From the IMG/VR virus record IMGVR_UViG_3300042905_003904, positions 1-64,000 of that record: a DNA stretch of 64,000 bases; one strand, given 5' to 3'. Source of the stretch: a virus. The position numbers and the translations under genes were made by a program. Of this stretch, positions 25,391 through 36,320 are shown piece after piece; position 1 is the first letter of the stretch, and each line of letters opens with the position of its first letter. The notes under the pieces were generated by a model. The model did no database searches and was not told the DNA's origin. It saw only the letters and a program-made list of their open reading frames with translations.

Positions 25391-26800
25391 ATGGTTTATA
25401 TTAAGCCATATAAAGGAAACCAAATACAATTGGTTGCTGATGACCCCAGTCTCTTAAATTTGATCAGGGATCACTTTTCTGTGCCCAATCCAGCATATAG
25501 AGGGTCAATGACATGGCTTCCAAAAAGAAACTTTGCAATAACGCCCACGTTTAGAGCGGAAATAGGTTTGGTTCCAGAAATTAGTAAATATTTACAGAAA
25601 TATCCATCACCCCACCAAATAGATCCTGAAGTAGCCAATAGATTATCCCCATCCAAAGAACCCCCCGAAGAATTAAAGAAAATAGACAGGGAATACAGGG
25701 ACTACCAAGAAACGGCCATCCGCAAAGCCTTTCAATGCGGCCGCGGAATTACAAAAATCGCCACAAGTGGTGGCAAAACTGCGGTCATGGCTGGACTTAT
25801 TTTAAACTGGTGTCCTAAAAAAACAGTGGTAATTGTCCCAAATACGCAATTAGTAGAGCAAACCGCGAAGGACTTCAAGGAGTATGGCTTAAATGGCGTG
25901 TCTAAATGGTCTGGCACTAACCCACTTCAGGCAGATTCTTCGATTATCATCTGCAATACTCAAATTTTGCTGAGTAAGAATACTGATTTGACGTTTTTGG
26001 AACAATTTGATTTGGTTTTAATCGATGAATGCCATCAACTTGGCGGCCGTTCATTAGAAAACAATAAAATATTCAAGTATATAACCACCTATAACATATT
26101 TGGCTTTACTGGAACACTCCCGCCCAGCAAAATTAATGAATGGAATATCATTGGTAAAATAGGACCCGTCTTTTTTGAAGAGGGGGTCAAAAGTTTACTG
26201 GCTAAAGGACATATTACTAATTTTAGCATTACGGTTCTTGAATTGGAACATAAATGCCCGCCGAAATTTATCATAGATGTTACTAAACCCACCAAGGCGT
26301 ATATAGAAGAACAGGAACACTTAATGAAATTGGAGCGTCGCAATGATATTATTGCCAAGCTAGCCATTCAATTAAAGAGTAACACTCTAATCATGGTAGA
26401 TCGGCTGTTTTACGGGGAATTATTAGAAACCGTTCTAAAGGATAAAACAGGACAACCAATTTATTTCATCCAAGGAGTGATGGAAATGGATGATCGGGAA
26501 AAGATAAGAGCTCTTATGGATACGCAGTCTGATGTGATTGTAATTGCCATGTCTAAAATTTTCAGCACAGGTATTAATATACCCAATTTGAGTAATATTA
26601 TTTTCAGCAGCGCAGGAAAGTCCTTTGTTCGAATCATACAGTCTATCGGACGGTCTTTACGGCTACACCCCACAAAATCCAAAGCTAATATATTTGATAT
26701 TTGTGATAACCTGCGATATTCTAAGAAGCATGCTACTGAGCGATTAAAAATTTATGACAAAGAAGCCTACCCCTACAAAACTAAAAAAATCCAAATCTGA
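25391..26800 (+). CDS. uvsW: UvsW SF2 DNA helicase
   Basis: RDYQ, ATSGGKT, DECH, GFTGT, FSTGINIP, QSIGRSLR. Confidence 0.93.
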   Translation: MVYIKPYKGNQIQLVADDPSLLNLIRDHFSVPNPAYRGSMTWLPKRNFAITPTFRAEIGLVPEISKYLQKYPSPHQIDPEVANRLSPSKEPPEELKKIDREYRDYQETAIRKAFQCGRGITKIATSGGKTAVMAGLILNWCPKKTVVIVPNTQLVEQTAKDFKEYGLNGVSKWSGTNPLQADSSIIICNTQILLSKNTDLTFLEQFDLVLIDECHQLGGRSLENNKIFKYITTYNIFGFTGTLPPSKINEWNIIGKIGPVFFEEGVKSLLAKGHITNFSITVLELEHKCPPKFIIDVTKPTKAYIEEQEHLMKLERRNDIIAKLAIQLKSNTLIMVDRLFYGELLETVLKDKTGQPIYFIQGVMEMDDREKIRALMDTQSDVIVIAMSKIFSTGINIPNLSNIIFSSAGKSFVRIIQSIGRSLRLHPTKSKANIFDICDNLRYSKKHATERLKIYDKEAYPYKTKKIQI

Positions 26801-27428
26801 AAAGTCTTCTAAGGAGATTGTGGTAGTTATTAAAGAAAAACTTCCCACACTAGAAGAAGAGTTGGATGGATTAGATGAAGAAATTAAACCGATTGATCTA
26901 GGAAATCCAATGGATGATCCTGATGCTGAACTAGACGATGAAGAATCTGAAGAGGATGAAGATGAAATAGAAGCAGTTATATCACCTGTTAAAAGGAAAG
27001 GGAAACCACCAACAGACAAGGCAAACTTCTACGTAGATCCGAAGGAATTTGACAATGAAATTGTGATATATTATGACACAGGAAAAATGTCAGATAATCT
27101 GGCCCTAATGATTGATAAGATTTCCAACAAACTTAGTTATGCCCCCAACTTCTTAAATTATACTTTCCGGGAAGAGATGGTTGGAGACGGTATCATTCGG
27201 ATGTTCAAGGCACTGATGACCAAGAAGTATGATAGAGTTAAGGGAACCAATCCATTTGCTTATTTTACCCGCATTGCCTTTAATGCTTTCCGCAATAGAA
27301 TTAAGAAAGAAAAGCGTATGAGGGACACCCATCAAAAATACCAAGAAGAATATGAGATCTATTCATCCAACTATAATATTCAGGTAAAAAATTCTCGGAC
27401 CAAGAATAAACGAGATAGTTTGGCATAA
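26754..27428 (+). CDS. gp55: Late-transcription sigma factor (gp55-like) with acidic N-terminal extension
   Basis: YVD..EF, PNF.NYTFREEMVGDG, NPFAYFTRIAFNAF..RIKKEK. Confidence 0.92.
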   Translation: MTKKPTPTKLKKSKSEKSSKEIVVVIKEKLPTLEEELDGLDEEIKPIDLGNPMDDPDAELDDEESEEDEDEIEAVISPVKRKGKPPTDKANFYVDPKEFDNEIVIYYDTGKMSDNLALMIDKISNKLSYAPNFLNYTFREEMVGDGIIRMFKALMTKKYDRVKGTNPFAYFTRIAFNAFRNRIKKEKRMRDTHQKYQEEYEIYSSNYNIQVKNSRTKNKRDSLA

Positions 27429-28501
27429 TGTCTGATAACATCTACCAGACAATTCAGCCTTTAGATAGAAGGATCGGGGTTTTCTCAGATATCCATCTAG
27501 GGTTAGGACAAGACAGCGAAAATTGGCATACTATAATGCTGGATTTCGCTGCATGGGTTGCGAAGATATATAGAGCAGAAGGAATTAACGACATTTTAAT
27601 ACCCGGTGACGTATTTCATAACCGAAATGAGATAGCACTTAAAACTTTGGATACCGGCCATAAGTTTTTTGAAATATTAAAGGAATTTCGTATATTCATA
27701 TCCAGTGGCAATCATTGTGCTTGGTTAAAAAATTCCTCAGAGATTACTTCCTTGGCTGTTTTGAAGGGCCGTAATAATATCCACATCATCGATGCCCACC
27801 CATCAACATTTTCTATTACAGGAACCAATAAAAAATTATCCATGATTCCATGGGGAACAAAAACAGAAGATATTCCAGAAACCGATATTTGTTTTGGGCA
27901 TTTTGAATTGGCTACCTTTGCCTTAAATAATCATAAAATTTGTCAGCATGGAGAAGATGCTCAAAATTTATTTAAAAAGTCCCCATTTATAGTAACAGGA
28001 CACTTTCACAAGAAGGAATTTCGGGAATATAAAAATGGGAAAGTCTTATATCTCGGCAGTCCTTACCAGCAGAATTTCGGAGACAGCGGGGATGTCAGGG
28101 GCATCTATATAATGGATTTACATACCAATGAATTTGAATTTATAGAAAACAGAATTTCCCCCAGACATTATAAGATTAGTATCCACCAATTATGTAATGG
28201 GAAACTAACACCAGATCAGTTAAAGAGTATAGTTCCTGGTAATATGATTTGTTTGGTGGTAGATAAAAATATAAATGCAGACCAGTTATCTACCGTTACC
28301 GCTAAAATACAAGGCTTAAATCCTTTGTTTTTTAGGTTGGACTACGAATCCTCTTCGGGGATTACTTCAGAAAACAATTCAGAAAATTATACGTCTATTA
28401 ATGTTTTAGAGAGTATCGAAAAATTTATAGAATCCACCAATTCAACATATAAGGCGGAAACAGTTGAATATTTAGCAGAATTATACCATAATCTTACATG
28501 A
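27428..28501 (+). CDS. gp47: Recombination nuclease subunit (gp47/Mre11-like)
   Basis: SDIHLG, GDVFHNR, GNH, GHFE, GHFH, GSPYQ. Confidence 0.92.
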   Translation: MSDNIYQTIQPLDRRIGVFSDIHLGLGQDSENWHTIMLDFAAWVAKIYRAEGINDILIPGDVFHNRNEIALKTLDTGHKFFEILKEFRIFISSGNHCAWLKNSSEITSLAVLKGRNNIHIIDAHPSTFSITGTNKKLSMIPWGTKTEDIPETDICFGHFELATFALNNHKICQHGEDAQNLFKKSPFIVTGHFHKKEFREYKNGKVLYLGSPYQQNFGDSGDVRGIYIMDLHTNEFEFIENRISPRHYKISIHQLCNGKLTPDQLKSIVPGNMICLVVDKNINADQLSTVTAKIQGLNPLFFRLDYESSSGITSENNSENYTSINVLESIEKFIESTNSTYKAETVEYLAELYHNLT

Positions 28502-29283
28502 TCAATTTGAATGAAATAGCCATAGGGGTGTTAGATCTTTACACCCAAGAAGACCTAAACAATTGTTTAGTGTCTATCCCCAAGGAATTGGTTGTTGGGG
28601 TGATGGGTAACACAGCAAACATCCACGTTCCAATGTCTGGAAACGTCCAATTTACTAAACGACACAGTAAAGAAGTGTCTCTGGCAACATTGAAGAATGA
28701 TTTTATACATTATTTGAGATTAAATGATCCCAAGAAATTTATCTTCTTTATTCACTCTAATCAGACCATTCAAAATTCTAAAATTTTCGAAGAAACCGTT
28801 TTATTAGCCAAAACTTTTGGCACTTGGTGTATAACGGGACCGTCTAAGGTAGTTGCTGAAGTGGAAGATGATACCACCAAGTTAACAGCCACCTTCACAG
28901 AAACCCCCAATACTGAATTTTTATTTGTATTGGATAATTTATTTGATCATGTGGGATTTTTCGAGGAACGCTTTTGTAATGGGCGAGATTTGGATACTTT
29001 AGATTTTATCAACAGACTACAGAAAAAGGGACTGGCGGTGCCACCAAATTACTATAGCTGTATCATAAACGGTATCCAACGTTCAGCATCTAAGATACAA
29101 AAGATTGGTTATGAAGACGCAAACATTGATATCTCAGCTTCTTTGAAATTTAGTTATGGTATTTTTTACCACTTGCATCAATATATACCAGGACAGGAGG
29201 ATATTGATAAATCCCGTGGAGTGAAAAGGGAAGAGATGTTGGAGAAATTAGAACAACTTCAAAAGAACTACGGAACCACATGA
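28498..29283 (+). CDS. Divergent GT-A-like protein
   Basis: VGFFEERF...D..D segment resembles GT2; first gene of the glycan island. Confidence 0.45.
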   Translation: MINLNEIAIGVLDLYTQEDLNNCLVSIPKELVVGVMGNTANIHVPMSGNVQFTKRHSKEVSLATLKNDFIHYLRLNDPKKFIFFIHSNQTIQNSKIFEETVLLAKTFGTWCITGPSKVVAEVEDDTTKLTATFTETPNTEFLFVLDNLFDHVGFFEERFCNGRDLDTLDFINRLQKKGLAVPPNYYSCIINGIQRSASKIQKIGYEDANIDISASLKFSYGIFYHLHQYIPGQEDIDKSRGVKREEMLEKLEQLQKNYGTT

Positions 29284-30062
29284 TTAAGATTCTTACCGGT
29301 TGGAGTAATCCAGGAGGATCTACCACAGCCCATATTAATTTATGTAAATTGTTCAATGCAAACGGAATGCCTTGTGGTTTATGGGGTCCGCATGAATGGC
29401 ACCTAAATAAGGTTCCTGGTGGTTTATTAAAAGATGTTCATACATCAGAAACAGATACCTTAATTTACCATTTTTTAGATTCGCCAACCAAACCCAAAGT
29501 CCACAAACTAATTTACAGCTGCCATGAAACCAATATTAAGCCGATTCGGAGCTTTGATTATACTATGTTTGACACTATTCATTTTGTCTCGGAGGGACAG
29601 AAGAAGTGGCATAACATAAACTATAATAGTGTAGTGATTCCTAATGTATTAGATGACCTTGTTCCTAACCCAAAAGGTAAGGAGGTTATTGCAGGTGTAA
29701 TTGGGAGCATAGATTGTCATAAACAGTCCCATTTATCTGTTCAAAGAGCCCTGGAAGACGGATATCCACAGATTGTATTGTGTGGAGCACTTTCAGATCC
29801 ATATTACTGGGAAGAACGCATTAAACCACTAGCAGATAAACATCCTGGTAGAATATTTCATATTGGTTACAGAGAAAACAAACAGAAAATGTATGATTGT
29901 TTTCATGAAGTATATCATTCGTCCCTGCGAGAAACCTATAACCTAGTAAAGGCTGAGTGTATCTTAACTAATACCAAATATAATGGCTTGGCAACCGCCG
30001 ATACTGATGGAGAGGTTTGGAACAATCAAGATATTTTAAATGCATGGAAGAAAATCCTATAA
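29280..30062 (+). CDS. GT-B glycosyltransferase (GT4-like)
   Basis: PGGST, FVSEGQ, VIPN, IGSID.HK, SS.RETYNLV..E. Confidence 0.75.
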   Translation: MIKILTGWSNPGGSTTAHINLCKLFNANGMPCGLWGPHEWHLNKVPGGLLKDVHTSETDTLIYHFLDSPTKPKVHKLIYSCHETNIKPIRSFDYTMFDTIHFVSEGQKKWHNINYNSVVIPNVLDDLVPNPKGKEVIAGVIGSIDCHKQSHLSVQRALEDGYPQIVLCGALSDPYYWEERIKPLADKHPGRIFHIGYRENKQKMYDCFHEVYHSSLRETYNLVKAECILTNTKYNGLATADTDGEVWNNQDILNAWKKIL

Positions 30063-30781
30063 AATTTAATATTATAACCACATGTTATAATGCGGAACAA
30101 TGGATTTATAATTGTATTAGTTCCGTCAAAGAACAGACCTATCCAAATTGGAAGATGTTTATTGCTGATGACTGTTCTACTGATAATACATTAAAAGTCA
30201 TTCGGGAAAATAAACATCCGCAAATTATGTTTGGACAACCAGGAGCAAAATCTGGCAATTTATCCAATCAAGTGAATTTAATTAGACAGTTTTCTGATCC
30301 GGGCAGCATTATTATCCATTTAGATGGGGACGATTGGTTGGCGGACGCTGGGGTGTTAGAATATCTAAAAGAAATTTATTATAAACAACCCTGGATGCTT
30401 GCTACCTATGGCAATTACAGCACTACAGATGGTAGTCCTAGCGTTTGTTCGCAGAAACCACCCAACGAATCATACCGAAGTGCAATTGTTAAGGGATGGA
30501 TGTATTCCCATTTAAGAACCTATAAGCGATTTTTGTTTGATCATGTCAAAAATGAAGACTTAAAAGATTCTTTCGGAAACTATTTCCCCTTTGCCCCTGA
30601 TGTGGCTTTGTTTTTGCCTATTTTAGAGATGGCTGCGGAGAGGGTTGGATATTGCCAACGAATCAATGCCATTTACAATCGACATAATGTTTTAAACGAA
30701 GACAAAGTTAATTTACAAGAACAAGTTAGATGCGCCCTTGAAATCTATCGAAAACCAAGTTATTCTAGATTAGATTTATGA
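30044..30781 (+). CDS. GT2 glycosyltransferase
   Basis: CYNAEQWI..CI.SV..QTY.NW...DDCSTD; LDGDDWL. Confidence 0.9.
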   Translation: MEENPIKFNIITTCYNAEQWIYNCISSVKEQTYPNWKMFIADDCSTDNTLKVIRENKHPQIMFGQPGAKSGNLSNQVNLIRQFSDPGSIIIHLDGDDWLADAGVLEYLKEIYYKQPWMLATYGNYSTTDGSPSVCSQKPPNESYRSAIVKGWMYSHLRTYKRFLFDHVKNEDLKDSFGNYFPFAPDVALFLPILEMAAERVGYCQRINAIYNRHNVLNEDKVNLQEQVRCALEIYRKPSYSRLDL

Positions 30782-31815
30782 CTTTTGTTTTCCCAAGATG
30801 GCTATTTCCTAATAATTTAGGGGATAGTATTCTGGCTACTGTAATCCCTCGATTACTGTTCAAGAAATATGGAGAACCGGTGGATGTAATTACCTGGGGG
30901 GATGATTATAAAACGTTTTATAGACAGAATGATTTAAATAAAACTATCCACATTAACAGAATTTTTTCCGACGAAGAATTGTCTAAAAGTGAATATTTTA
31001 ATTTTGATTGGCGAAATTTTTGTTTAGGCAGGCAAGTTTTAACTAACCATAAAATTGCAAGAACATTTACAAATGCCGTTTATCCAGAATGGCATCCTCA
31101 AGTATTTTCTTACTGGAAAGATCATCCAGAACTAGTAGATCATCCTACTGCTAATTTGGTGATGGTTAATTACTTACTACAGTTAGGACTAACTGAATAT
31201 TTGTGGGATGGCACGGATTTAGCCCCAGACATCAATACAAGTCCAGTATACCCACACAATCATTTTAATTTGGGAATTGTTCCAGCCACCAAATTAGCAG
31301 GAAGACCGTCCCCTCATCCTGGATGCAATGGTTTAGGATTACGATACAAAAGAGAACATTGGGAAGCTTTCATATCCCATATTGAAAGCAAAGATCCCAC
31401 AGTAGAAATATTTTCTTTTGATAACGAACAACCAAATTTGGGTAGGTGGATGGGGAAGGCTAAAGATTTAACCCATTTAGCTGAAATGGTTAACTATATG
31501 GACTTAGGAGTGTGTAGTGATGGGGGTTTACATCATATGTTTCATGCCGTTGAAGTTCCTACTGTGTTGTTTACTGGAACATTAGTCAATAAGGCTGAGT
31601 TTTTTAAGACTGCAATGGATTTCTACCCAGAACATTTGCATTTACCATGTCGAAAACAATGCCGATCATATTTCACAGAGGTATTTGGGGGAGAAGATAA
31701 ATCTAAGACCTGTAAATTAGAATGTGCGGATTTAGATCCAATAGGATTAGCAGAGTATACTTTAGAACAAATTAAAATGATCAGGAATTTAAAAGATGCA
31801 AACATCAAATCTTAA
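30778..31815 (+). CDS. GT9 (heptosyltransferase-like) glycosyltransferase
   Basis: LGDSILAT; VCSDGGLHHMFHAVEVPTVLF. Confidence 0.7.
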   Translation: MTFVFPRWLFPNNLGDSILATVIPRLLFKKYGEPVDVITWGDDYKTFYRQNDLNKTIHINRIFSDEELSKSEYFNFDWRNFCLGRQVLTNHKIARTFTNAVYPEWHPQVFSYWKDHPELVDHPTANLVMVNYLLQLGLTEYLWDGTDLAPDINTSPVYPHNHFNLGIVPATKLAGRPSPHPGCNGLGLRYKREHWEAFISHIESKDPTVEIFSFDNEQPNLGRWMGKAKDLTHLAEMVNYMDLGVCSDGGLHHMFHAVEVPTVLFTGTLVNKAEFFKTAMDFYPEHLHLPCRKQCRSYFTEVFGGEDKSKTCKLECADLDPIGLAEYTLEQIKMIRNLKDANIKS

Positions 31816-32521
31816 AGACTATGCGGTGGTAATGTTGGGTTATAAGTCTATTTTTAATATAGCAGATCGCATTAACGAGTTAAAGCAACAAACCCATCCA
31901 CCCAAAGAGATAATTGTTCTTATTAATAAATTTGAAGGGCATCAAGGTAATTCGTTGAATATTGAGACTGTTTGTAGTATTAATAAAGTGTCTTTTTGTG
32001 CTCAGTTTTCCCAGAACATTGGTATTGCCTATGCGTGGAATCTGGGGATGAAAATTGCTCAGTCAGAGGTTTGTGTTGTTTTAAATGATGACTGTGAAAT
32101 AGGCGAAAATACTATGGAGGATTTAGTTAAACCGTTTAGTATAAATCCCAAAACAGGAGTTACTGGAGTTATTTGGGGAAATAATCCATCCGATGCAGCA
32201 CAAACCCCACAAGGATTCCTAATTGCTTATAGAAAAGAGGCTTTGGAACAATGTGGATATTATGATGAGAAGGCTAGTCCATTGGCATGCGAAAGAGAGT
32301 TGTCTCTTCGGTTGATCAGTCATGGTTGGAAAGCTTATGTCGTTAATGCCTATTGGAAACATATCCATGATATCTCTAATCATCCAGAGGCCGCTATTAA
32401 CTATCTTGGAAACGTATGGATTCCTTTAAGAGATCAGCCATCCACCGAAAAACATTTACAAGAAAAAATAGTAGAACATAACTTTAACATTCGATATCCA
32501 GATTTACCCCATGATTTATGA
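31796..32521 (+). CDS. GT2-like glycosyltransferase
   Basis: NIGIAYAWNLG, LNDD, GYYDE. Confidence 0.8.
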   Translation: MQTSNLKDYAVVMLGYKSIFNIADRINELKQQTHPPKEIIVLINKFEGHQGNSLNIETVCSINKVSFCAQFSQNIGIAYAWNLGMKIAQSEVCVVLNDDCEIGENTMEDLVKPFSINPKTGVTGVIWGNNPSDAAQTPQGFLIAYRKEALEQCGYYDEKASPLACERELSLRLISHGWKAYVVNAYWKHIHDISNHPEAAINYLGNVWIPLRDQPSTEKHLQEKIVEHNFNIRYPDLPHDL

Positions 32522-33293
32522 TTGTTTTAACTTCTTAAACGAAGAATTACTCCTTGAAGTTCGGATTGAGGAATTAAAGGATATAGTGGATAAATTTGTC
32601 ATCTGTGAATCCAATATCACCGTATCCAATAAACCTAAACCCTTTTATTTAGAAACTACTGAGGTATACAAAAAGTGGAAAGATAGAATCATCTATCAAA
32701 AATTAGAAAGAGAACCTCAAAATATTTCTTTGGCGGGAGAATCTAGACACGATTTGATGTATTTCCAGCGCAATAGTGTTATGGAAGCATTATCTGGATG
32801 CAAATTAACAGATATAATAATGTTTTCAGATTTAGATGAAATACCCACAGCTAATGCTATAAAGGGGATCAAAGAGGTTCCTTGTGTTTTAGATCTGCGG
32901 GGATATTATTGGTATCTAAACACGCCAATAATCAGTCCGGATAATCATGTTTGGTTCCCCTCAGTGGTTTGTAATTTATATGAGCACGTAAAATCCCAAA
33001 CACTAAATCAGATAAGGGAAAACAAAGGAAACTATCCGAGGGTTCCTAATTGTGGCTGGCATTTTTCTCATTTAGGGGATGAACACCAGCTTCATTACAA
33101 GATGATGGCTAGTTCCCATACAGAATATCACAGCGATCATTTCACTTCTCCTGAGAATATTAAGAGGCGCCGAGAAAATTTAATTGATCCGTATGATAGA
33201 GGTGGCTTTTCAATAGTTAAAGATGATAATTTACCTTTACCCAAATTTGTATTGGACAATAAAGAGAAATTTACTCACTTAATTAAACACTAA
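32511..33293 (+). CDS. GT17 (beta-1,4-GlcNAc transferase-like) glycosyltransferase
   Basis: IYDCF.F.NE..LL..R..EL...VDKFVI.ES..T...KP; QRN; SDLDEIP; GWHFS. Confidence 0.88.
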   Translation: MIYDCFNFLNEELLLEVRIEELKDIVDKFVICESNITVSNKPKPFYLETTEVYKKWKDRIIYQKLEREPQNISLAGESRHDLMYFQRNSVMEALSGCKLTDIIMFSDLDEIPTANAIKGIKEVPCVLDLRGYYWYLNTPIISPDNHVWFPSVVCNLYEHVKSQTLNQIRENKGNYPRVPNCGWHFSHLGDEHQLHYKMMASSHTEYHSDHFTSPENIKRRRENLIDPYDRGGFSIVKDDNLPLPKFVLDNKEKFTHLIKH

Positions 33294-34402
33294 TGGAAAC
33301 TCACGAAGAACTAACGCAGCAATATAGCACCTGGGGGGATAAACTACTTCAACATACGGATGTTTTAAATAGTATTCAGAATCACAGACAATTTAAACCA
33401 ATCACTATTCAGCTTGCCCCGGGAGAAATGTGCGATAGTGACTGCCCGTTTTGTTCGGTAGCAGCTAGGCCTTTAAAAAGCTTTTTACCGTGGCAAAAGG
33501 TAGTTCAAGTATTGACTGATTTTAAGGAATTAGGGGCAAAGAGTGTAGAAATCACAGGCGGCGGTAATCCTATGCTTTATAAAGACCGAGAAGCAAATAA
33601 GGACATTAATGATATTATAAGCCTTGCCTATGAATTGGGATATAAAATAGGCATTATTACCAATAGCAGTAATTTAGAAAAGATTAAGAAAGACAATCAC
33701 GAAAAAATTCAATGGATTCGTATTAGTCTAATCAAATTGGATGAAGGAAGAGCACCTGAAGACTATCAATTTCATGGATTTCCTTACTCCAAGCTAGGGT
33801 TTAGCTATATCATCTATGATGGAACCAACGGTATTCCGGATGTGTTGTCTAGAACTAAGAAACCTTATGCTGGAACCACCGTAAAATCTATACAAAAGAT
33901 TGCTAAGCTGGTAGAACTGCATCCTGGGATCAAGTTTGTTCGTATTGCTGGCAACTGTTTAATTAAAGGCAACAATGCGGATATTAAAACCCAATATAAA
34001 GAGGTAATTGATGAATTGGATAAATTTAATAAGTTCTTCATTAAGGATATTGGGGAAGATGACGGACCCTATGACAAGGGGTGTTATGTAGGAGCCATTC
34101 GACCATATATCGCAGCTCACCCACAAGGAACGGAAGTAGGAGAACATCAGGTGTATATTTGCACTAGTCATGTATTAAACCACAGGCTTTATGATTTGGC
34201 ATATTCCCTAGGATCTGTTTCTGATATTCTGTTAATATGGGAACGAATGAATTTAAGCTATTCCACTAACGGATATCCATATGACATTAAAGGGAATAAA
34301 GGTAAAGGCTGGTGTAATTCGTGCAAATATTGTTATTATAAATTTAATAACAAACTATTACACACGGTTGCTCAAGTGATGCCGGACAAAGATTTTCCCT
34401 AA
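33293..34402 (+). CDS. Radical SAM enzyme
   Basis: CDSDCPFC, ITGGGNP, C-terminal SPASM-like Cys (CYVG...YIC...CNSCKYC). Confidence 0.88.
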   Translation: METHEELTQQYSTWGDKLLQHTDVLNSIQNHRQFKPITIQLAPGEMCDSDCPFCSVAARPLKSFLPWQKVVQVLTDFKELGAKSVEITGGGNPMLYKDREANKDINDIISLAYELGYKIGIITNSSNLEKIKKDNHEKIQWIRISLIKLDEGRAPEDYQFHGFPYSKLGFSYIIYDGTNGIPDVLSRTKKPYAGTTVKSIQKIAKLVELHPGIKFVRIAGNCLIKGNNADIKTQYKEVIDELDKFNKFFIKDIGEDDGPYDKGCYVGAIRPYIAAHPQGTEVGEHQVYICTSHVLNHRLYDLAYSLGSVSDILLIWERMNLSYSTNGYPYDIKGNKGKGWCNSCKYCYYKFNNKLLHTVAQVMPDKDFP

Positions 34403-34403
34403 T

Positions 34404-35027
34404 ATGCATTTTACAGAAGAATATTACAAGAGTAAAAACTACCACGATTATCTGGATAGATATGGTAGATACCAGAAATTAGCGGGAGAATTAGATGGCT
34501 TATTTAAGAGTTTAGGACTACAAACGTTTTTAAAATACGGCAGGGTTTTGGATTATGGGTGTGCTGTTGGATTCCTAATAAAAGCACTATCTGAATTGGG
34601 GTATAAAGACATTTATGGAGTAGAAATTTCTAAATGGGCGAAAGATATTTGTAGGAAAGATGGAATTAAAATAGCATCAGAAAGACAAGTATCCATACCT
34701 AAGAATTTAATATTCTTTTTGGACGTATTGGAACACATTTCAAATGATGATATCTATAAGATTTTTAACAAAATAACATCCGATTTTATTATTGTCCGTA
34801 TACCAGTTACTACCAAGGATAATGGCGAATTTGTTTTAGATATATCCGAAAACGATCTTACTCATATTAATCGCAAAACCAAACAAAGTTGGATCGCGTT
34901 ATTGGATTCCTTAAATTATGAGTTATACTCCACTATCAACCTCAATACCATTTGGGATAGTAAAGGAGTGTTCTGTGCGATCTTCAAAGAAAAATCTGTT
35001 AAAATGGAAGAAATATTAGACCTATGA
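34404..35027 (+). CDS. Class I SAM methyltransferase
   Basis: VLDYGCAVG, GVEIS, DVLEH. Confidence 0.88.
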   Translation: MHFTEEYYKSKNYHDYLDRYGRYQKLAGELDGLFKSLGLQTFLKYGRVLDYGCAVGFLIKALSELGYKDIYGVEISKWAKDICRKDGIKIASERQVSIPKNLIFFLDVLEHISNDDIYKIFNKITSDFIIVRIPVTTKDNGEFVLDISENDLTHINRKTKQSWIALLDSLNYELYSTINLNTIWDSKGVFCAIFKEKSVKMEEILDL

Positions 35028-35722
35028 AAGAAGCCATTATAACCATGTCTATTGGCCGAGATCCCAATTCTCAATCTTGTATTGAGAGTATGAAGAGATA
35101 TGCAGAGAAATATGATAAAGACTTTTTTGCTATCGTAAACCCCAAAATACACAGGTATAATCTGTATTTTGAAAAATATCAGTATCTGGAACTGTTTAAA
35201 GATTATGATCGCGTTTTGTATTTGGATTCCGACGTTTTGATAACACCACAGGCGCGAAATATTTTTGAACTCTATCCTGACCCAGATAAGTTTTATGCCT
35301 TTGATGAAAGTAGCCCAACGGAATGGATGAATAGGGATAAATGGATTGAACAGATGCCAGTCAATTTTAGTTGGCCAATGAATAGAACAGGGGTTAGATC
35401 TTATTTTAATGCTGGAGTTCAATTGATAGGAAAAAACTGTTCTGGCATTATCAATAGACTTTTTATAGAACCATTTTCTGTTAATAGTTTTTATATAGAT
35501 CCCAGCGACCAAACCGCCTTAAATTATTTGTGTTTTAAATATGCTCCTTTAAGGTTTAGGTCTTTGCACTATACCTTTAATCGGATGGATTTAGGGGAAT
35601 ATGATACTCAGAATTTAAGATATAAGGCGGACTTTATCCATTATGCCGGCCCGTGCAAATACGGCAATGGAAATAAGTTAGAAACAATATCCAACGACTA
35701 CAAATACCTTTATGAAAATTGA
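35024..35722 (+). CDS. GT8-like glycosyltransferase
   Basis: YDRVLYLDSDV, YFNAGV, DQTALN, FIHYAG. Confidence 0.85.
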   Translation: MKEAIITMSIGRDPNSQSCIESMKRYAEKYDKDFFAIVNPKIHRYNLYFEKYQYLELFKDYDRVLYLDSDVLITPQARNIFELYPDPDKFYAFDESSPTEWMNRDKWIEQMPVNFSWPMNRTGVRSYFNAGVQLIGKNCSGIINRLFIEPFSVNSFYIDPSDQTALNYLCFKYAPLRFRSLHYTFNRMDLGEYDTQNLRYKADFIHYAGPCKYGNGNKLETISNDYKYLYEN

Positions 35723-36320
35723 CCTAACCAAAGTAAAAGACTCCGATGTATCCTTTTTGGAGAAATACTACCCAGCAAAATACAACTTGCACAAATTTAA
35801 TGAAATGGGATCTGGAATCGAATCAGGGGAACATTACAAGTTACTCAATTATCTGGCGACGGATGTGTTTACTGGGACCAATATTTTAGATGTAGGAACT
35901 CGAGACGGCCTTAGTTGCTTGGCTCTTTGCCATTCCAAGAAGAATTTGGTGATTACCTATGATATCCTTAAAGTGGAGTTGCCGTTTCGACAGGAATATC
36001 CTAATGCCACAGCTAAACAGTTGGACATCCTATTAGAATCACCAGAAATATTAATAGGTGCACCGCTGATTAGCTTTGATATTGATCCACATGACGGCAA
36101 TCAAGAACCGCGATTCTTTGAAATCTTGGAAAAGATTGGCTATAAGGGAGTAGTAATTCTAGATGACATTAGCACCGAGAAGACCAGAAATTATTTTCCG
36201 GGAATGAGGGCTTGGTGGAATAGTATCACTCAGCGAAAATGGGATATTACAGAGTGGGGTCATGGCTCTGGAACTGGTTTGGTAGATTTTTCCGGGAAAT
36301 TGGAAGTTATTTTTGAATAA
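35712..36320 (+). CDS. SAM methyltransferase (Methyltransf_24-like)
   Basis: EHYKLL, ILDVGTRDGLS, DIDPHDG..E, ILDDI, GHGSGTG. Confidence 0.75.
   Translation: MKIDLTKVKDSDVSFLEKYYPAKYNLHKFNEMGSGIESGEHYKLLNYLATDVFTGTNILDVGTRDGLSCLALCHSKKNLVITYDILKVELPFRQEYPNATAKQLDILLESPEILIGAPLISFDIDPHDGNQEPRFFEILEKIGYKGVVILDDISTEKTRNYFPGMRAWWNSITQRKWDITEWGHGSGTGLVDFSGKLEVIFE

Noticed and set aside
34916-35512. 198-aa antisense ORF and similar antisense ORFs (50476-50916, 58183-58740)
   Set aside because: They lie opposite well-supported genes and show no recognisable motifs
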